A stretch of DNA of 64,000 nt from Bugula neritina (GCA_964035545.1 OZ037765.1:27527504-27591503); one strand, 5' to 3'; shown: positions 1 through 38,290, numbered from the stretch's first letter. Program-made: numbers and translations. The notes: generated from the sequence alone by a model not told the origin.

Positions 1-146
1 TTTGTTATAGCCTTTAAAGTTGATGGAATTTCAAATTCAAATTGAGATGACTCCCTCAACAAGGCAAGGAATCGTTTACCTACAACCTCCTCGCGAAATT
101 TCAAAGCCATAGGCATATGTGTACCATAGTGGACACCAATACCCAG
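1..146 (-). CDS. Possible internal exon of an unidentified gene running off the left edge
   Basis: Stop-free frame LGIGVHYGTHMPMALKFREEVVGKRFLALLRESSQFEFEIPSTLKAIT after a T-rich tract and AG on the minus strand; no family recognised. Confidence 0.3.
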   Translation of the reverse strand, partial: MGIGVHYGTHMPMALKFREEVVGKRFLALLRESSQFEFEIPSTLKAIT

Positions 147-974
147 CTATCTCAGTACAAAAAAATTAGCTTAATTATTCAAGACAACCTCTATTAATAA
201 CGTGTAAAATGTGAAGCAAAAACAAAACAAAAATACTGTACAGCTTTGTAGACGTAGTAACTACTTGGCACAGCGTAAACTGCAGGTATAATTACTATTA
301 CTACTAGTAGTATACGATACCGATAGTGATACAAACATGTAGCTTGTGAATTTACAAACAGCGCTATATTTTGCGGCGGAACTGCGCTCAAGACTCAAAA
401 TAGTGTTATTCATTTCTCAGGGTCATAGCTAAAATTATTCACAAATACTTCGTATATTATTTCGCGAAAGAGTTTCTTTTTTAGATATATGAATTTTGGT
501 GTCAATATTTTGCTTTTATTATGTAATATTTTAATTTAAAAATTAAATTAAATATAATTATTTATATGCTTTAGTTTTAATTGCAATAATTTCGTTTTGT
601 ATTAATTTATGTTGCGGGCTAACATCCGAATATTTATATTACTTTATCGAGAGTTTTTTTAGGATGTCAGCTTGTAATAGTTAGCCTGTTGTCAAAAGAC
701 AATAGCTTAAGGAGTGTGTTAATAAAACAGTTTCATTGGGTATGTTTCTAGGAGCGTCATAAGTCGACATACTGTTATAGTGCAAGCCCTTTGGGGATAG
801 TATTATATTATATTTTGTTGTGTGTTGAGTATTTTGTAGCTAGTACTAGTCACTATATAATAAGAGTGTGCTCCGGGCTACTGTGTAGTTACCATTAGTT
901 AATTTGAAATTAATAGTCATAACTTCGGATTGGAAAGCTCGTGAAGTTAATCCAAGGTTTTCTCCCTGGTTTTA

Positions 975-1900
975 TTATAATTATCATAATTGATAATTAT
1001 AATTATCATTATGATTATCATTTAATCAATTAATGATTTATCATTTATGGTTTAATTCTAGTACTAGTAGTAGTACACTGTACAGTATGAGTATGAGTAG
1101 TAGTAGTAGTAATCAGTAATGATTATTAAAATTAATGCCCGAGAGTGATACTGATTGTCAGTATCAGTGTGAGTATGATAGTGATACTGATACTGATAGT
1201 CATACTCATACTGTCATTATAGGTATCATAGTGATAATCATAACCACTTAATGATAATCATGATATGTGATACTATAACATAAACAAGTTATACTATAAG
1301 TATAAGTGTAAATATAATCATAGTAATACTACTACTAATAGTAATACTGGTAGTAAATGTAATTCACTAATACTAATAGTAATTGTATCAATGTTGCAAT
1401 ATAATGATTTAATATATAATAATAATGATAATCATTATGATTATCATTATGAATATTATTTTTAGTATTGTATAATTTTATCAATAGCATAATGATAATC
1501 ATAATTCAACCAATCAATGCGAATATTTACTTTTATATTAGACTAATATTTCAAATGAATTTTTTTGCCACACTGAGAAGTAATTTTGCTGCTAGTGCTA
1601 CTGAATGCTAAAAATACTAGTCACTAAGAGTGATGGCCATAATATTAATTTAAATAGATATTACTGCTACTAGTACCTGTACTATTACTACTAGTAGCAA
1701 TAGTAGCAGTGGTACTACTACTACTATGTCTTTTACTGCTAGTGCTAGTAGTACTAGTAAAAGTAATACTACTACTAATACTACTGCATTCGTTGCTTCA
1801 ACTACTACTAGTGCTACTCAGAGTAAGCGTGACTATAATGCAATCACAGTATACTCATGTTCATGCTGAACTGATGTTGATACTGATAGTTATAGTAAAA
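975..1900. repeat. Degenerate low-complexity (TAG/TAC/ATT/GAT)n tract
   Basis: Runs such as tagtagtagt, actactacta, gataatcat throughout. Confidence 0.7.
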
Positions 1901-3549
1901 ATAACTTAAAATTTAATATTTCTACAGAAGAACAGCACGCAATGAAGGTTAGCAATAATTACTACTATTATTAGTTAAGTATATCCAGGCATTCGGAACC
2001 AACTGGAAATATCTCCAGCAAGTGATCAGAAAGTCCAAATTAATTCAGGGCATGTTTGAACAAAAGTTATTTTAAATTAAAATTGAGCATAAAACTAGTT
2101 TGTCGATGATGATTTTAATACTGTATAGATCAAGTATGTTAGGGATTCTTTAACGTAGTATTTGCTGGTTTTTGCAAAATTAGTTGCTATCATGATCACC
2201 ATAGAGTAATAAATGGTAGAGTTCTTTCTCACCCAGAGTTTACTGACCCTATATCATGACTTTAATCGGAGTATGTAGTAAGTCAAGAGTTGTTAGCTAA
2301 AACATTAGTTGCTCCTTTCTTTCATGGAAAGTTTCAAGATGATAAGTACCTGCATGTGAGCATGGGTACAAACATTGAATTAAATTCAACTCTAGCAGAC
2401 AGCTATAGGTATAAGATGAACTTTGGTGAAACTGCTAAGATTAAAATTGCAATCGGTAGTGTTTAGTTATACTGCTATCAAAAGTGATTTATTTTCTAAA
2501 TGCTGGAACTTTGCACTGACAATGCTCTATTGCTGTTACTCCTATAATTTTTTTTTGTTTCTACTGCAATAAATATTCTAGTTTCAATCACAATAATTGT
2601 AGCAATCAATGTTATAAAAATATATTTATTGTTTTGCTTTATTAAACAAATGTGTTTTTACTACAACTCTAGAAAACACATGTTTCCACAAACGCTTCTC
2701 TTCATGAAAACTACATGTTTTGTATCTGCAATCTAAACGTATTTCACCTCCAACTAGCAATTCTGCTGTACTGTAGTTGTTACTACTATTGAGTTCGTTT
2801 CAAGACATTAGTTGCACTAATGATATTGTTTCAAGTTCTGTGAAAGTAACAATCCCAGCTGTGCTATAATAATCAAGAAGTCTTACCATATTGAAAATAT
2901 ATTTCAACTTGGTTGTAATTTCATTTAGTTGTAGAGAGTAAATGGTTTGATAGCAAGGTCGGGCCAAGACTTAGTGTAAATAAGGTAGGCAGTAAACAAC
3001 GGTCATGTCAACAAACCTTTAACTGAAAGATTCACTAGGCTCAAGTTGGGTGCAAGTTGCAGCAAAGCTATCTCTGACTTAATCTTGCGGGAGAACAGGT
3101 ATAATATATCTTAAGTTAGTCCAATGTCCTGTTAGACTCACAAATTCGTAGACTGCACTACTTGTGACCATATTGGTGAATATGCATTTTGAAATTGTGT
3201 TTTCAGGGGGAATGCTTTAACAATACTAAAAGTCATAATGTGGTTTGAAAACTGTGTAATTTCTATTAAATTGTTAACTAGTTTATCTCAAAGCATGCTT
3301 TGTAAATGCCAAATGTTAATTCTATAACAATTACATACAATAATATTGATTTTGTTTTTACTAAAAGTTGACTGGCAAAAATTACTGATTCGACCAATAG
3401 CATTACCATTACAAGATTAGACCTGCCGATGGTTGAACTAGTAGATTATCATTTAATATTTATTAGAGTTGATATAAATATTACTATTTTTTGTCTAGTT
3501 GACACAATCTACTCGCATGTTTGACAAGCTCTGCTGACAAGTCTGGGCA

Positions 3550-6500
3550 ATGGTTTCAGGAATCATATCTCGCGTCGTCATGTAAGTCCGTTGGTTGTAC
3601 CATCTAACTTCTAGTGGATAATATGATACTTATATGCTTCATGTACTAACAATTTTATTCATCAAATTTTGTAATGGTTGTAGATTAGTATTTGGCACAC
3701 TATATCCAGCCTATGCATCATACAAAGCTGTCAAAACTAAAAACGTGAAAGAGTATGTAAGTTGATTATGATGTGGAATATTGCAGGCATGTTCAGCCTG
3801 TCTTGATACGTTATACTTGTATGATTTTCGTCTATATTAACATATTTCACGCATGGTTGATGTGTGGGCAATGATGTTCTCAAATTTTCCACAAGTACAT
3901 AACATCTCAAGCCAAAGTATGCTTTGCTTTAGGTGAAATGGATGATGTATTGGATAGTATTTGCCCTGTTTACCACAGTGGAAACCTTTGCAGATGTGTT
4001 GATTTCATGGTGGGTATTGTACCTTTTTGTCTCCCATTTGTTAAATAGCTGATGGTTTCTTCACTCACTGGTAACTAAAGCTAAGAACAGGTCTATCTGA
4101 AACTTATTCTGTTATGTTTCAGGTTTCCTTTCTATTATGAGTTGAAGATAGTGTTTGTGATATGGCTGCTGTCTCCGGCTACCAAAGGCTCCAGTGTACT
4201 TTATAGAAAATTTGTGCATCCTGAGTTACTTAAACGGGAACAGGTGAGGTGTTTGCACTGCTCAGCAAATATACTTCTGCAATAATATAGTTACAAAGAG
4301 GCTGCAATGTCCTTCATACTCTGAAAAGGCATATAAGCTAATTTACTAGTGTAATTAGGTGTTATGTTTTAGTTATTCAAAAGAATAGATATAAGAATGG
4401 CTAAACACAAAGAGAGCCTATTTACTCAAAATATAACTACTGCATAATAAAACTAGAGTAGATGTATTTACACCTGAATTATTGCTACTAGCTTACCTTC
4501 TAGTTTCTAGCTTTCTGTTGAGTTAAAAAATTATAAAGACTTTGTATGGGCTTCCTATTTTATAGGAAATAGATACGACTTTAGACAAAGTTAAATCCCA
4601 AGGGTACTCAGCTTTAGTCAATGTAGGTCAACAGGGTCTCAACTTTGCTGTCCAGAGTGCTGTAACTGTGAGTATTACTTTAAAGTTGAGTATGTTCCTC
4701 GTTCTTGCTGAATTTGTCATGGGGTGTATTTTTATGCTTCAGTTGTACTGCTAGGTGGTTTCAAATTGCAAATCGTGATTCATGTTTTACTGAAAACAGT
4801 GGCTTACAGTTGAATGATGATGATTTGAAGGGGCAGAACAGAATGATGGATCATCTAATGAAGAAAAGCTTTAGTATGAGTGATATATCTAAGCAACAAG
4901 GCAACGCGGCTCCAGTGACTTACAAACCAATTGACCTCATAGAAGAGGTGGATGAACCAGGTGAATACATTCTTCCCTACTATACTTTCAAGTTCTATTT
5001 GTCAGCTGTTGCTACAGTTCAAGACACTGATTTGTACAATGTGAAAGCTGGTTTTAACCTTCCCTGGGGGTTGTTACATTTCAGCTTGACTTCTTACTGA
5101 AAACTTGTCACTCTACTGTAAGAGTTCTGCTAGTGTAAGTTGGCAGAATCCAAGAAGGCAATGCCTGTTTTGTTAATTTTGTTTTCCAATATAAAAAGTT
5201 TCACTTGTCCTGGAACTTTGTCCATTGCAACACCTTCACTTTTACACAGCAGTTGGCATTTTTTTATATTTGATTTGCAATAGTAGTTGTTGTGTTTGGA
5301 AATGCTTTAGATTTCACAAGCGTTGCACTGTGATATATCAACAGTCATGTTAAGGCAGCTGGTTTTTTGCAAACAGGTGCTGGATGTGTTGAAATGATAG
5401 AATTTCTATTAAAAAAACACCAGCCTTCACACTAGCATAATTTTACTAAGTCCCATTTTTATTTGTGAGGCCATGTTTTTAGAACTTCATCAAATATTGT
5501 TTGCATTGTTAGAGTGAGTTGCGAGCAATGCAGTTTCTCTTCAGTTTAGCAACACAATAACAATTTAGCCTACTGGATTTGCTTTTTTATTCATAGCAAC
5601 TGCAAATTTCCATGCATTATTAACTTCTCCACTTAGTTGATGTAATCCTACGGATGAATTCTGTAAAAGCTCTCAATTATATATTCATATTTGTGTGTTA
5701 TAGACTATGGCACTCAGTCACATGATGTTCAAGGCCCTAGTGATAATTACCAGCCCCTTCAAGAAGGTGGTGTGCCAGGAGCAGGTAAGAATTGTTTCAT
5801 TTTAAACCTCAATAAATGACCAGTAAACTGTGAAAATTTGCTCAGAAGGGCAACTCAATGCCATCTGATGACCTTTCTCTGTTTAGAAGAGCTTGTCATC
5901 GACACTGACCTATGAGGTCAAGTGGTTAATTGTGCTCTTTTTATTACACTATGAACCAGTACTGACTCTTTACATGTTTATAAACTCATGATATGTTCAT
6001 TTGTTCTGTATTGATCAGTGCCTTTTAATGTTCTCCTTAGCCATGTAATTGTGAGTAGAAATTTTACTTGTCAAATACTTGACTCAGTGCTGCTAGTTTA
6101 GCCTCTTAGAATTGTTTTCAAAGATTGCAACTTGCACTAGTTGAAATTTGCAGCTAATGTGTTGTGTATTGCTGTGCTACTTCTGTCTATATCTTATTTG
6201 GTGGTAGCTATACTTGCCGCTGCAGTGGTGTTGCTGTACCAAACTGCTCTAAGACACTCGTAAATATACTCCTAAGGCAGTATGAAGTCAATGTTCTATT
6301 TTTTGAAGCCAAATCTATGCAAGCACATCATCAGCACTAAATGTCTCGTTTGTTTTTGCACACTTGATTATTGGCAGGAAGGGTAAAACTTTTGGGTTTC
6401 GGTTTGTTCAATGTAATATAATGGGCATTGTGCTTGTCAGCGTAATGCAACTTTGCAATGTAGTAAGACAACTCCGTGCTCATAAACTATAACTGTGTAC

Positions 6501-8001
6501 TGTATAGAGATATCATGAGTCAGGCTGTCCTTGTTGTGATAATAGTTCCTACCTATAACACAAATAGCATTAGTTTATTTCATAGAAGAAATATAGAAGT
6601 TATTTTATATCCCGTGTTCAGATTATGGTCAGACCAGAGTATTTTGTATATTTTTGCTTTACTTGAGATAAATGCAGTTTTCTATTGCTTGTGTTTGTCC
6701 TGTTATTATAGGTATATAATGCACGCCAATATTTCATCTAAATTTCTTACAGTTTGCGATTTATCATTTCTTAATTTGAGCAGTTGGCCTATTCCACTTC
6801 AATAAAAGAGTTTTAATATTCATAAATTTATGCGTTGACCAAAGTTGAGGTTGATTAAAATATTCTGGTGTAATCTAGTTTATGATTGATATGTCTCTAT
6901 TTCTGTTAACGATTAGTTTTGTGCCCTGTTAGTGTTTGAATTCAGATTTTAAATATTTCAGGTGCTAATGTCAAGCCACACGAGTATCATGGAGAGATGA
7001 ATCCCATGCCTGGTACAAGATCTCGCCCTTACAACCACAACGAGGTATGCATTGTAATGGTGTGCTGTACAGTATCAAGCACCACTATACTATGTTTATT
7101 AGTTTTTTAATTGAAAATAGTTTTATGAATGTCACATGTGATTTAAAGATTATGATGAAAACTAAATTCAGTCATGGGATTGTGAGCTTGTAATTAAATA
7201 CTATTTTATGGTAACTTAGCAGATATTGTGATATTTTGTGTTCTGTAGGGATACCATTATGGCACACTGCCAAGACGGTCTGCTAGTTTACGAACGAAAG
7301 TAAACACTGCCTTGCCAACTCGTTGGCAGAAACGCTCCTAAACTCGTATAACTAGTTGTTAAAATGTAAATAGCTGAAGCGATTTTTCCTTTTCACAACT
7401 CCCTAATGTACAGCTTGAATTCCAAATCCAGCTTATGCTTTTATTGAATGATATTCACAATACATGCTTGTAGGAGGCAATTGTATGCTTTGGTAAGCAG
7501 CATATCAGTTGCTAAGTAGCTGCATGCTGGGGCACAGGAATGTCCAAGTTCACTGTTGATTTGTGTATGCTTGGTTTGCTATTGTCTGGTATAAGCACTT
7601 CTAACAGTGCTTATAAAATTACCCTGTGATCATTTCGTTTGCTAATGATATATTGTCTCTGTACTGTCTTTATAAATTGTAGATGTGACACGGGTGGTTA
7701 TTTGAAACTTGTCTATAATCCATCTTATATGTTTGATAAATTAGAATTATGCTTGCAATCACTAATGCATTGAGGATTACTGATTAGTATTTCATTATGT
7801 GGCAGCATGAGAATATTATTAATGTGTTACTAAAATACTCCGTATATATTGTAATGTATTTTATTTCTGTTTTACAAGGGAAAATTAGATCAAGTTAAAG
7901 AAACTAAAAAGCCAACTAGAAAACCAAGATCCAAGTCCTGTTCTAAAGCAAGACCTCGTTCTCGCTCTGCTGGGAGAAGACGAGTCACAAAGAAAGTCTA
8001 A
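3550..8001 (+). CDS. REEP: Receptor expression-enhancing protein (REEP1-4 / DP1-Yop1 family), multi-exon
   Basis: GT-AG exons 3550-3581, 3684-3756, 3933-4009, 4123-4243, 4566-4667, ~4831-4960, 5704-5784, 6962-7044, then 7249-7341 and/or 7879-8001. Translation [69 protein letters not shown]...[17 protein letters not shown] and KSFSMSDI are typical of REEP1-4; phases are consistent. The 3' exons are less certain than exons 1-5. Confidence 0.93.
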
Positions 8002-8519
8002 CTGATGTTAACAACTTCATTTATGTAAAGCAGTGTTAAATCACTTTAAAACCAAATTTTTTACATTGCAATGCAACATATTTATTATACTCAATTTTAT
8101 CTTTTTAACTGTTGTAGTATAATTTAGACTGTTGGTAATGTTCATGATAGCCTATTGGCACACATGTATGCAGAATCTTATTTTATGCCGATCATTTAAT
8201 GCTCAAAAATTATATGTACGATAAATGCCAATAGGCTATAAACTTGATTTTTGTGTTCCCTTTGCCTAAACTACAAAAATATGGCTACAAGATATTTTGC
8301 ATAAATACAATACACTATAAAATACATGAACAATGCAGCAAAAGATATAAAGTAAAAAAATCTTGAATAGTTTCAGTTAGTTCAATGTAGTCAAAAAATT
8401 GCTGGTGTAATTATATTATACTAACTGTACTATGTAATTAAAAGAAATGCTATTCGAAATAGATTGTTTTTGAGCAAATTATGTGAAGTACATAATATAT
8501 TAGATTGTCGCGAACCGTG

Positions 8520-31679
<23,160 letters not shown>

Positions 31680-34422
31680 GCTGCCTGCAAAATAAAGCAA
31701 ACCAAAGTTAATTTTTTATACTAAATAATTTAGTCCAGATCCTAATGATTTAAAAGATTGGTTGTTTGTTTGCTAAAATACGCATCAAATCAATAAATGT
31801 GAAGTAGTTTGAGGTATCAAAAAAGTAAAATCTTAAAATAGCCGGGAATAAACTAGAATACAATGTATGTTTTTCAAGTACATATCAATTATTTTAAAAA
31901 CCAGGCAGCTGTTCCTATGAAAAATTAATGACTGGACAGTGCCTAAACAACTATGTGAGCTGTGAGGTTAATAACAAATGAGCATTTAGAGTAGCTGCAG
32001 GTTTTACAAATACTAAAGAAATTCTCCACTTACACTCACAACTACTGCTAAGCCCAAAGGCAATCTAAATCTTACTCAAGGTCAATGACTCAGTTACTGA
32101 CTTTGATAAATGAAACTTGGATTACACATTTTATTTTAATAATAATGAATGAATGAATCAACTCAGCTAGCAAGTTAGGTTAAAATTAGTATACTTAACC
32201 ATAAATAGCTCAAGTTGACAACTATATTTCAACTAACTTAAATATCTATAGGAGCTACTTATATTTGCCTTATTGGTCACCTCTGGTCCTGCGAGGGTGG
32301 CGGGTTATATTGAAGGCAATTATATAAAGCTAAACAATTTTTTGCCAAAGCCAGTCTTGGAAAGTAATAAAATATCTTAGAGCTTAGATCAGGAGTGTTC
32401 AAGCTTTTCAGAGCAAGGTGTAAAGATGTAGAATATTCCACTGTGAAGGTCACAAATTGTAAAATTCAGTTTGAGCTCGTGGCTACAGCATCAGGTTTTT
32501 CAAGTTAATTTGCTCCAAATTCCTATTAATCATTACACAATGGCACCCCAATAACTATTGCAGGCTGCATGTTTCTTGGCATGTATAGAAATAAAGCATT
32601 TGCATTAAGTGCTTTTCCTTCTCCAATTCATATAAAGAGCAAAATATATAATATATAATATATAATATATATAATTTTATATATGTTGTGCGTTGGAGGC
32701 TTACATAAATTTTGAACCGCCCAGCTTAGACAGTCAAAGTGTTGTATGTGTACTTACATACAGTATAATCGTAGAATAGCATAATTTCAAAGGGAAAATT
32801 TGTCCAAAAATAACTCTTTGAATAATTTTAAAGCAATTTCTATTTTATTTGAGCTAATCACTGCTCTAAGTTACTGCTTCGTATTTAAATACTTTATTCT
32901 TAAAAGTATTATGTTCCTGTGGTTATTGCTGTATGATCCTACAATAGGTTTGAAACAACAAAAATTAGAAGTATTTTCTTACAATCTTATGTAATAGCAT
33001 TTCATTTGAGTAAATCTTCTGTAAACTAATCAACAATAACCTTTTGACAGGTTGCAGCCAAGTTTACATTTAAGATTAAATTTTCTTACACAGGTTCCCA
33101 CAAAAATTTGGTGGTAGTAAATATAAGTTCAACTATAAATATGGCCTACATAGCTGGTTCATACTTTTGGAACCAGTTCAATATGAATTTATTTTGATTT
33201 TTTGTGCTATGATTAGCAAATGGTTGGTTACAGACTTATGGCTGCATCGCACAGAATGAAGCTTAGAAGTTGTAACTAGTTTATGCTAAGTAATGAAGTA
33301 ATAAATGCAATATCTGAAATACACTATTCTCTATAGCTGCCTCGCGTCAGAAGCATCATGGTGGGTGTTGCAGGATTATGTTTGTTACAAGCTACCTACA
33401 TTTCACAAGGAAACTCCAGCTTGTATAAATTACTAAATATGCATAGTTATTTTACGTAATCAGCAAAAAAGCCATCATAGCTATTAGTAGAAAAGCATGC
33501 ATTAGAAGCTGGTTATTATACTTAGTACAAAAAAATCAACAGGCTATTAATAGAAAAGTACGCAATCATTAGGATAATGTAGGTTTACTGGGGGCGCGCA
33601 CAATTTTACCTAGATAGGCAGTTACCCATTGTACTGCAGATAGAAAGTGCTCAAAAATAAATACTTGGCTAGATAGTTTTAAAAATATTTTATGGCGTTT
33701 GAAAAAAACTGACCAGCTGAAAACATTAAGTTTTAATATATTACCCAAAATGGCTAAGAAATACAAAGAAAAACATGACTCGATCAACTTCAAAGTCACC
33801 AATCATTTGAGCTGTTTGAGTTTGTCGTCAAACTTCATTTTAACTTTTGACATTAGTGTTGTATTTTTTACTTGGTTACAAGGACTTTCAGCCATAATTA
33901 AATTAGTTAATGACATTTTTTCAGCATAAATTTGCTATTTTTAAAGTGAAAGGGGACCACAAATTCAGCTAGTCAAACCATTCGATATAGGTAGATCTTG
34001 CATAGCAGCTATTTAAAATCTAAAAACCCAAAATAAAATCATAAAACCTAGAAATATGTTGCTACTTGAACAGCTTTTGGTTTTTTTGCTGTACTTATGA
34101 ACCTAATAAAATCAACTAGCAGCTTGTAATTTAATAATAGTTTGTTGCATTTGAAGTTAGTGAAAATAACCAACTGCTAATTTTAGTATTTTGGCATTAA
34201 ATTAAAAAGCAAATAATTAGCTTGTCAGCTATTTATTTAAAAAGAGTTTTTACCTACAATTATCTGTAAACTGCTAACCTGCACTTTGAACACCACATAT
34301 AAAAATTTGAGCTATTTTATCTCAAGCTAAAAGTTTAAAGCAAACACTATTTTGTTTTGATAGTTTTAGGAACTCGCAAGCCCATCCACTCTGTGAATTT
34401 GCAAGGGGTAATTTAGCTTAAT

Positions 34423-35873
34423 GGGCATGACACACTACAGTCAAAACGCCATTTTGAACGAGTTTTCGAGGCTGAGCGTTGACCTCTGTGACGTCACAAC
34501 TGTCTGATTTCTGAACGCAACTGTCAGTTTTTAGCGATGCGATGAAAGTTCGACATGTCGAACTTTCATCGCTGAAGTTGAGCGATCAGCCAATCACTGA
34601 CTGGCCAGGTAAGCCCTGATTGGTTAAGTGCTTTTACTTTTTCCACGTGCTACTAGCGAGCATTATTATTTGGTTTGGTTCTTCGAAAATTATATTATTT
34701 TACTTTTAAAATAATTATGATGAAGTTATGTATGAAAGTCTCAATAAATTATGAAAATAAGTATTTATCAGATAAATTTTGCTGAATTTTATTTGCATAT
34801 TTAGTTGTTCTAACTTGGTTGAATTTTATTAGCGTACTATTTAGTCTTTTAGGCTAGTGAATGAGCTTGAATAAAGCTAGGTAATCTCATTAAATAAAGC
34901 TAGTAATTTTGAATAATTGAAGCTAGTAAATTAGAATAAAAATAACTAGTAAATCTTATTAAATTATGCTAGTAATTCTCAATAAATTGCGCTAAATTTG
35001 ATTGTTGGTTACTGTGGATACTGCAGAAACTGAGTTATGGCATTCCTATTGGTTAAAAGTTCACTGCGGGGCTAGAGACAGTTAGCTTTCATCGTTTGTA
35101 GTGAACTGTAGTGTGACCAGCAAAAATTAGGACATGACGTTGAAGGTATGCGCGAGCAGCTTCAAAATGGCCGCCACAGTTGAGTTTCGACTGTAGTGTG
35201 TCATGGGCATAACACTACAGTTCACTATAAACGATGAAAGCTAACTGTCTCTAGCCCCGCAGTAAACTTTTAACTAATAGGAATCTTGTAGCTTAGTTTC
35301 TGCTGTATCCACAGCAACCAAAAATCAAATTTAGCGCAATTTATTGAGATTTACTAGCATAATTCAATAACATTTGCTATTTATTTTTATCTTAATTTAC
35401 TAGCTTCACTTATTCAAAATTACTAGCTTCGTTTAATGAGATTTACTAGCTTTATTCCATCGCTTTCGCTAGCATAAAGAACTTAATATGCTAATAAAAC
35501 TCAGCTAAATTAGAATAACCAAATATGCTGATAAAATTTAGCCAAATTCATCTGCTAAATATTTATTTTCATGGCCAATCTTTATTAAGATGTGCATACA
35601 TAACTTCATCATAGTTGATGTTAAGTAAAATAATATAATTTTCGAAGAGTCAAATCAAATAATAATGCTCGCTAGTAGCACGTGGAATAAGTAAAAGCAC
35701 TTAACAATCAAGGCTTACCTAGCCAGTCAGTGATTGGCTGATCGCTGAACGCTGAAGTTCAGCGTTTGACATGTCAAACTTTCATCGCATCGTGAAAAAC
35801 TGACAGTTGCGTTCAGAAATCAGACAGTTGTGACGTCACAGAGGTCACGTTTCGACTGTAGTGTGGCAGCCCC
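34423..35873. mobile_element. Foldback/composite MITE: two opposed units forming a ~1.45-kb imperfect palindrome
   Basis: Outer ends gggcatgacacactacagtc / gactgtagtgtggcagccc with AT on both sides; ~34480-35110 is inverted at ~35215-35850; terminal motif repeated at the centre. Confidence 0.8.
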
Positions 35874-36268
35874 ATAAAAGTTAAGATTAAGATAAGAATC
35901 TAGCCGCCACAATTGTGATTATTCATTTATTGACTTCAGAAATATTGTTGGTTACATCTATACAAGATTGAGATTGAGATACGAATCTAGCTGCAACAAT
36001 TTTGGTAAAACTTGTTCACTCCCTAGATTGACACTTATGCATGAAGCATGACTAACTAAACCTAGGCACCAACCCATCATTATTTATTATTCTTCTTGGT
36101 GTCATTTCAGTTATTCAATCAGATTGATAAATGGGGTGAAACTTAGTAGTTTAAACCTAATACTAATAGACTGGCATATACTCAAATATTGCGACGTGTA
36201 CACAAATACTAATAAGTCAGAATCAGGCAAAAAACTAGGACAGTAATAGGGGTATGAGAGAGAATAAT

Positions 36269-37458
36269 CACCGGCTTTCCATGGATCAATCCATGGAAAG
36301 ACGTCAAAGATCGATCTCCATCAATCTGAGCTGGTCCTTCTGTAGAGCTCAAACTCAGATCGATCTCAAGGCAATAAGACCATGGAAAGACGAAAGCTCG
36401 ATCTGAGAAGTAGAAAAAGACTGTTCGCTAAAATGCTGTCTGCTAACAAAAATGATGACTGTTAATCACTAAGCAAATTACTTAATAATTACGATAGCTA
36501 CATTTTCAGATGCCAAGACTTTGACTTTCAGTACTATGATTAAAAAAACTCAATTATATAAAATTATAGAAGGTAGAAGGTACAAAAAGAGGAGCATTTA
36601 AATTGAATTTAAATGGCTAGTAAAACCTACTTTCATTAGCTATTTGCTGCGTAATTTCAAGCCTAACAGACCTGTAAGTTTGTGAATAATCTGCAAGACA
36701 GCTATTAATTTTATATAACCTGTCAAGCTAAAAAATTAAAGTTAACTATCATAAATCGTTTTTCCATGAAAGTGTCAGATCGATCGATAGTTGCCTCCTC
36801 TTGAGTGATTAATTTTTTTAAAGATAATTTGTTCACCCATCTGAGTGATTAAAGCTACTGCGGTTAAAAACAAGATTGTTGCAGTCTAGAAGTTAACAAT
36901 AGCTATAAACTCTACGCAGCAAAGCTTTTCGAGTAAAGTAATTTGGCCAATTTAAGATCACTTCTCTTAATTTCTTAGCTTGACAGCTTATATAAAATTA
37001 TTGGCTGTCTTGAAGACTATTCATAAACTTACAGAAGTGTTAGGCTTGAAATTACGCAGCAAATAACTAATGAAAGTAAGCTTTACTAGTCATTTAAATT
37101 CAATTTAAATGCTCCAATTTTTTGTACTTTTTATCGTCTATAACTTTATATAATTGAGTTTTCTTAATCATTGTACTGAAAGTCAAAGTTTTGGCATCTG
37201 AAAAAATGGCTGTCGTAATCATTAAGTACTTTGCTTAGCAATTAACAATAAATTATTACTTTTATTAGCAGACAACATTTTAGCGAGCAGACATTTTTCT
37301 ACTTCTTAGATCAATCTGGCGTCTTTCCATGGTCTTATTGCCTTGAGAACAATCTCAGTTCGATCACCACAGACCGACCAGAACAGATCGATGGAGATTA
37401 ATCTTTGACATCTTTCCATGGATCGATCTCGCTGAGATCTATCCATAGAAAGCCAGTA
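36269..37458. mobile_element. Foldback-type MITE with ~450-bp inverted arms
   Basis: ggctttccatggat / atccatagaaagcc ends; ~36290-36740 is inverted at ~36970-37425. Confidence 0.8.
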
Positions 37459-37544
37459 ATTATAGACCTATGAGAGGGTTTTTTGAACATATGAGAGAAA
37501 ATAATGGCTAGATACATTATTATAAGCATATGAGATGCAATAAT

Positions 37545-38290
37545 TTTTGACCATTTGGCACTCCATAATAATGGCACCGGCAATAAGGGCACCAATGGGA
37601 AAGTAGGAAAAAATGGGTGACACGGCATTTCGAAAATGACAATTGGAAAACACCTATTTGGAAAATGGACAATTAGAAAATAGAAAATTGGAAAATAGAC
37701 ATCTGGAAAATGACATTTGGAAAAAATGGAGAATATTCAACATGGCCTAGTCCAGAGGGGTTGTTCGGCATATGGTCAATTCCAAAATAGCTTTTAAAAT
37801 TTTATATAATGACAGAATCAGTTAGGCCATTATAGAAGTAGAATTGGTTACTGAGTAGATTTAAATTTAAATTGTTCGCATTTACAAAAAGCTAATTTGA
37901 ACTCAACCAGATACTAAGCGCCCCCATGTTGAATATTCTTCATTTTCCAATTGTCATTTTCCAAATGTCCATTTTCTAATTGTCCATTTTCCAAATAGGT
38001 GTTTTCCAATTGTCATTTTCGAAATGTCGCGTATTCGAAAAAATGGCACAGTGATGTTAAATTTTCACAAACCCCAAACTCAAACCTTAAACCCCAAGCC
38101 CAAACTCAAACCCCCATTCCCAAACCTAAACCCCCATCTCAAAGACCCAACCCCACCCCAAACCCTAATATTGAAAATGTGCCAGTTTTACCTACTTTGC
38201 CATCTGTGCCATTATTACCTGTGCCATTTTTACTGTACCATTTTCACCTGTGCCATTTTTACCGGTGCCATTTTTATCGGCTACCGAGTA
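37545..38290. mobile_element. Non-autonomous repeat with gtgccattttt sub-repeats, containing a palindromic insert at 37621-38030
   Basis: catttcgaaaatgacaattggaaaacacctatttgg and its reverse complement; tandem ggaaaatg and gtgccatttt motifs; no clear TSD. Confidence 0.55.

Noticed and set aside
1709-1909. Leu-rich 66-aa ORF
   Set aside because: Low-complexity (CTA/GTA)n sequence
33569-33929. Short ORFs upstream of SIDT
   Set aside because: No motif, splice pattern or element boundary that I can support
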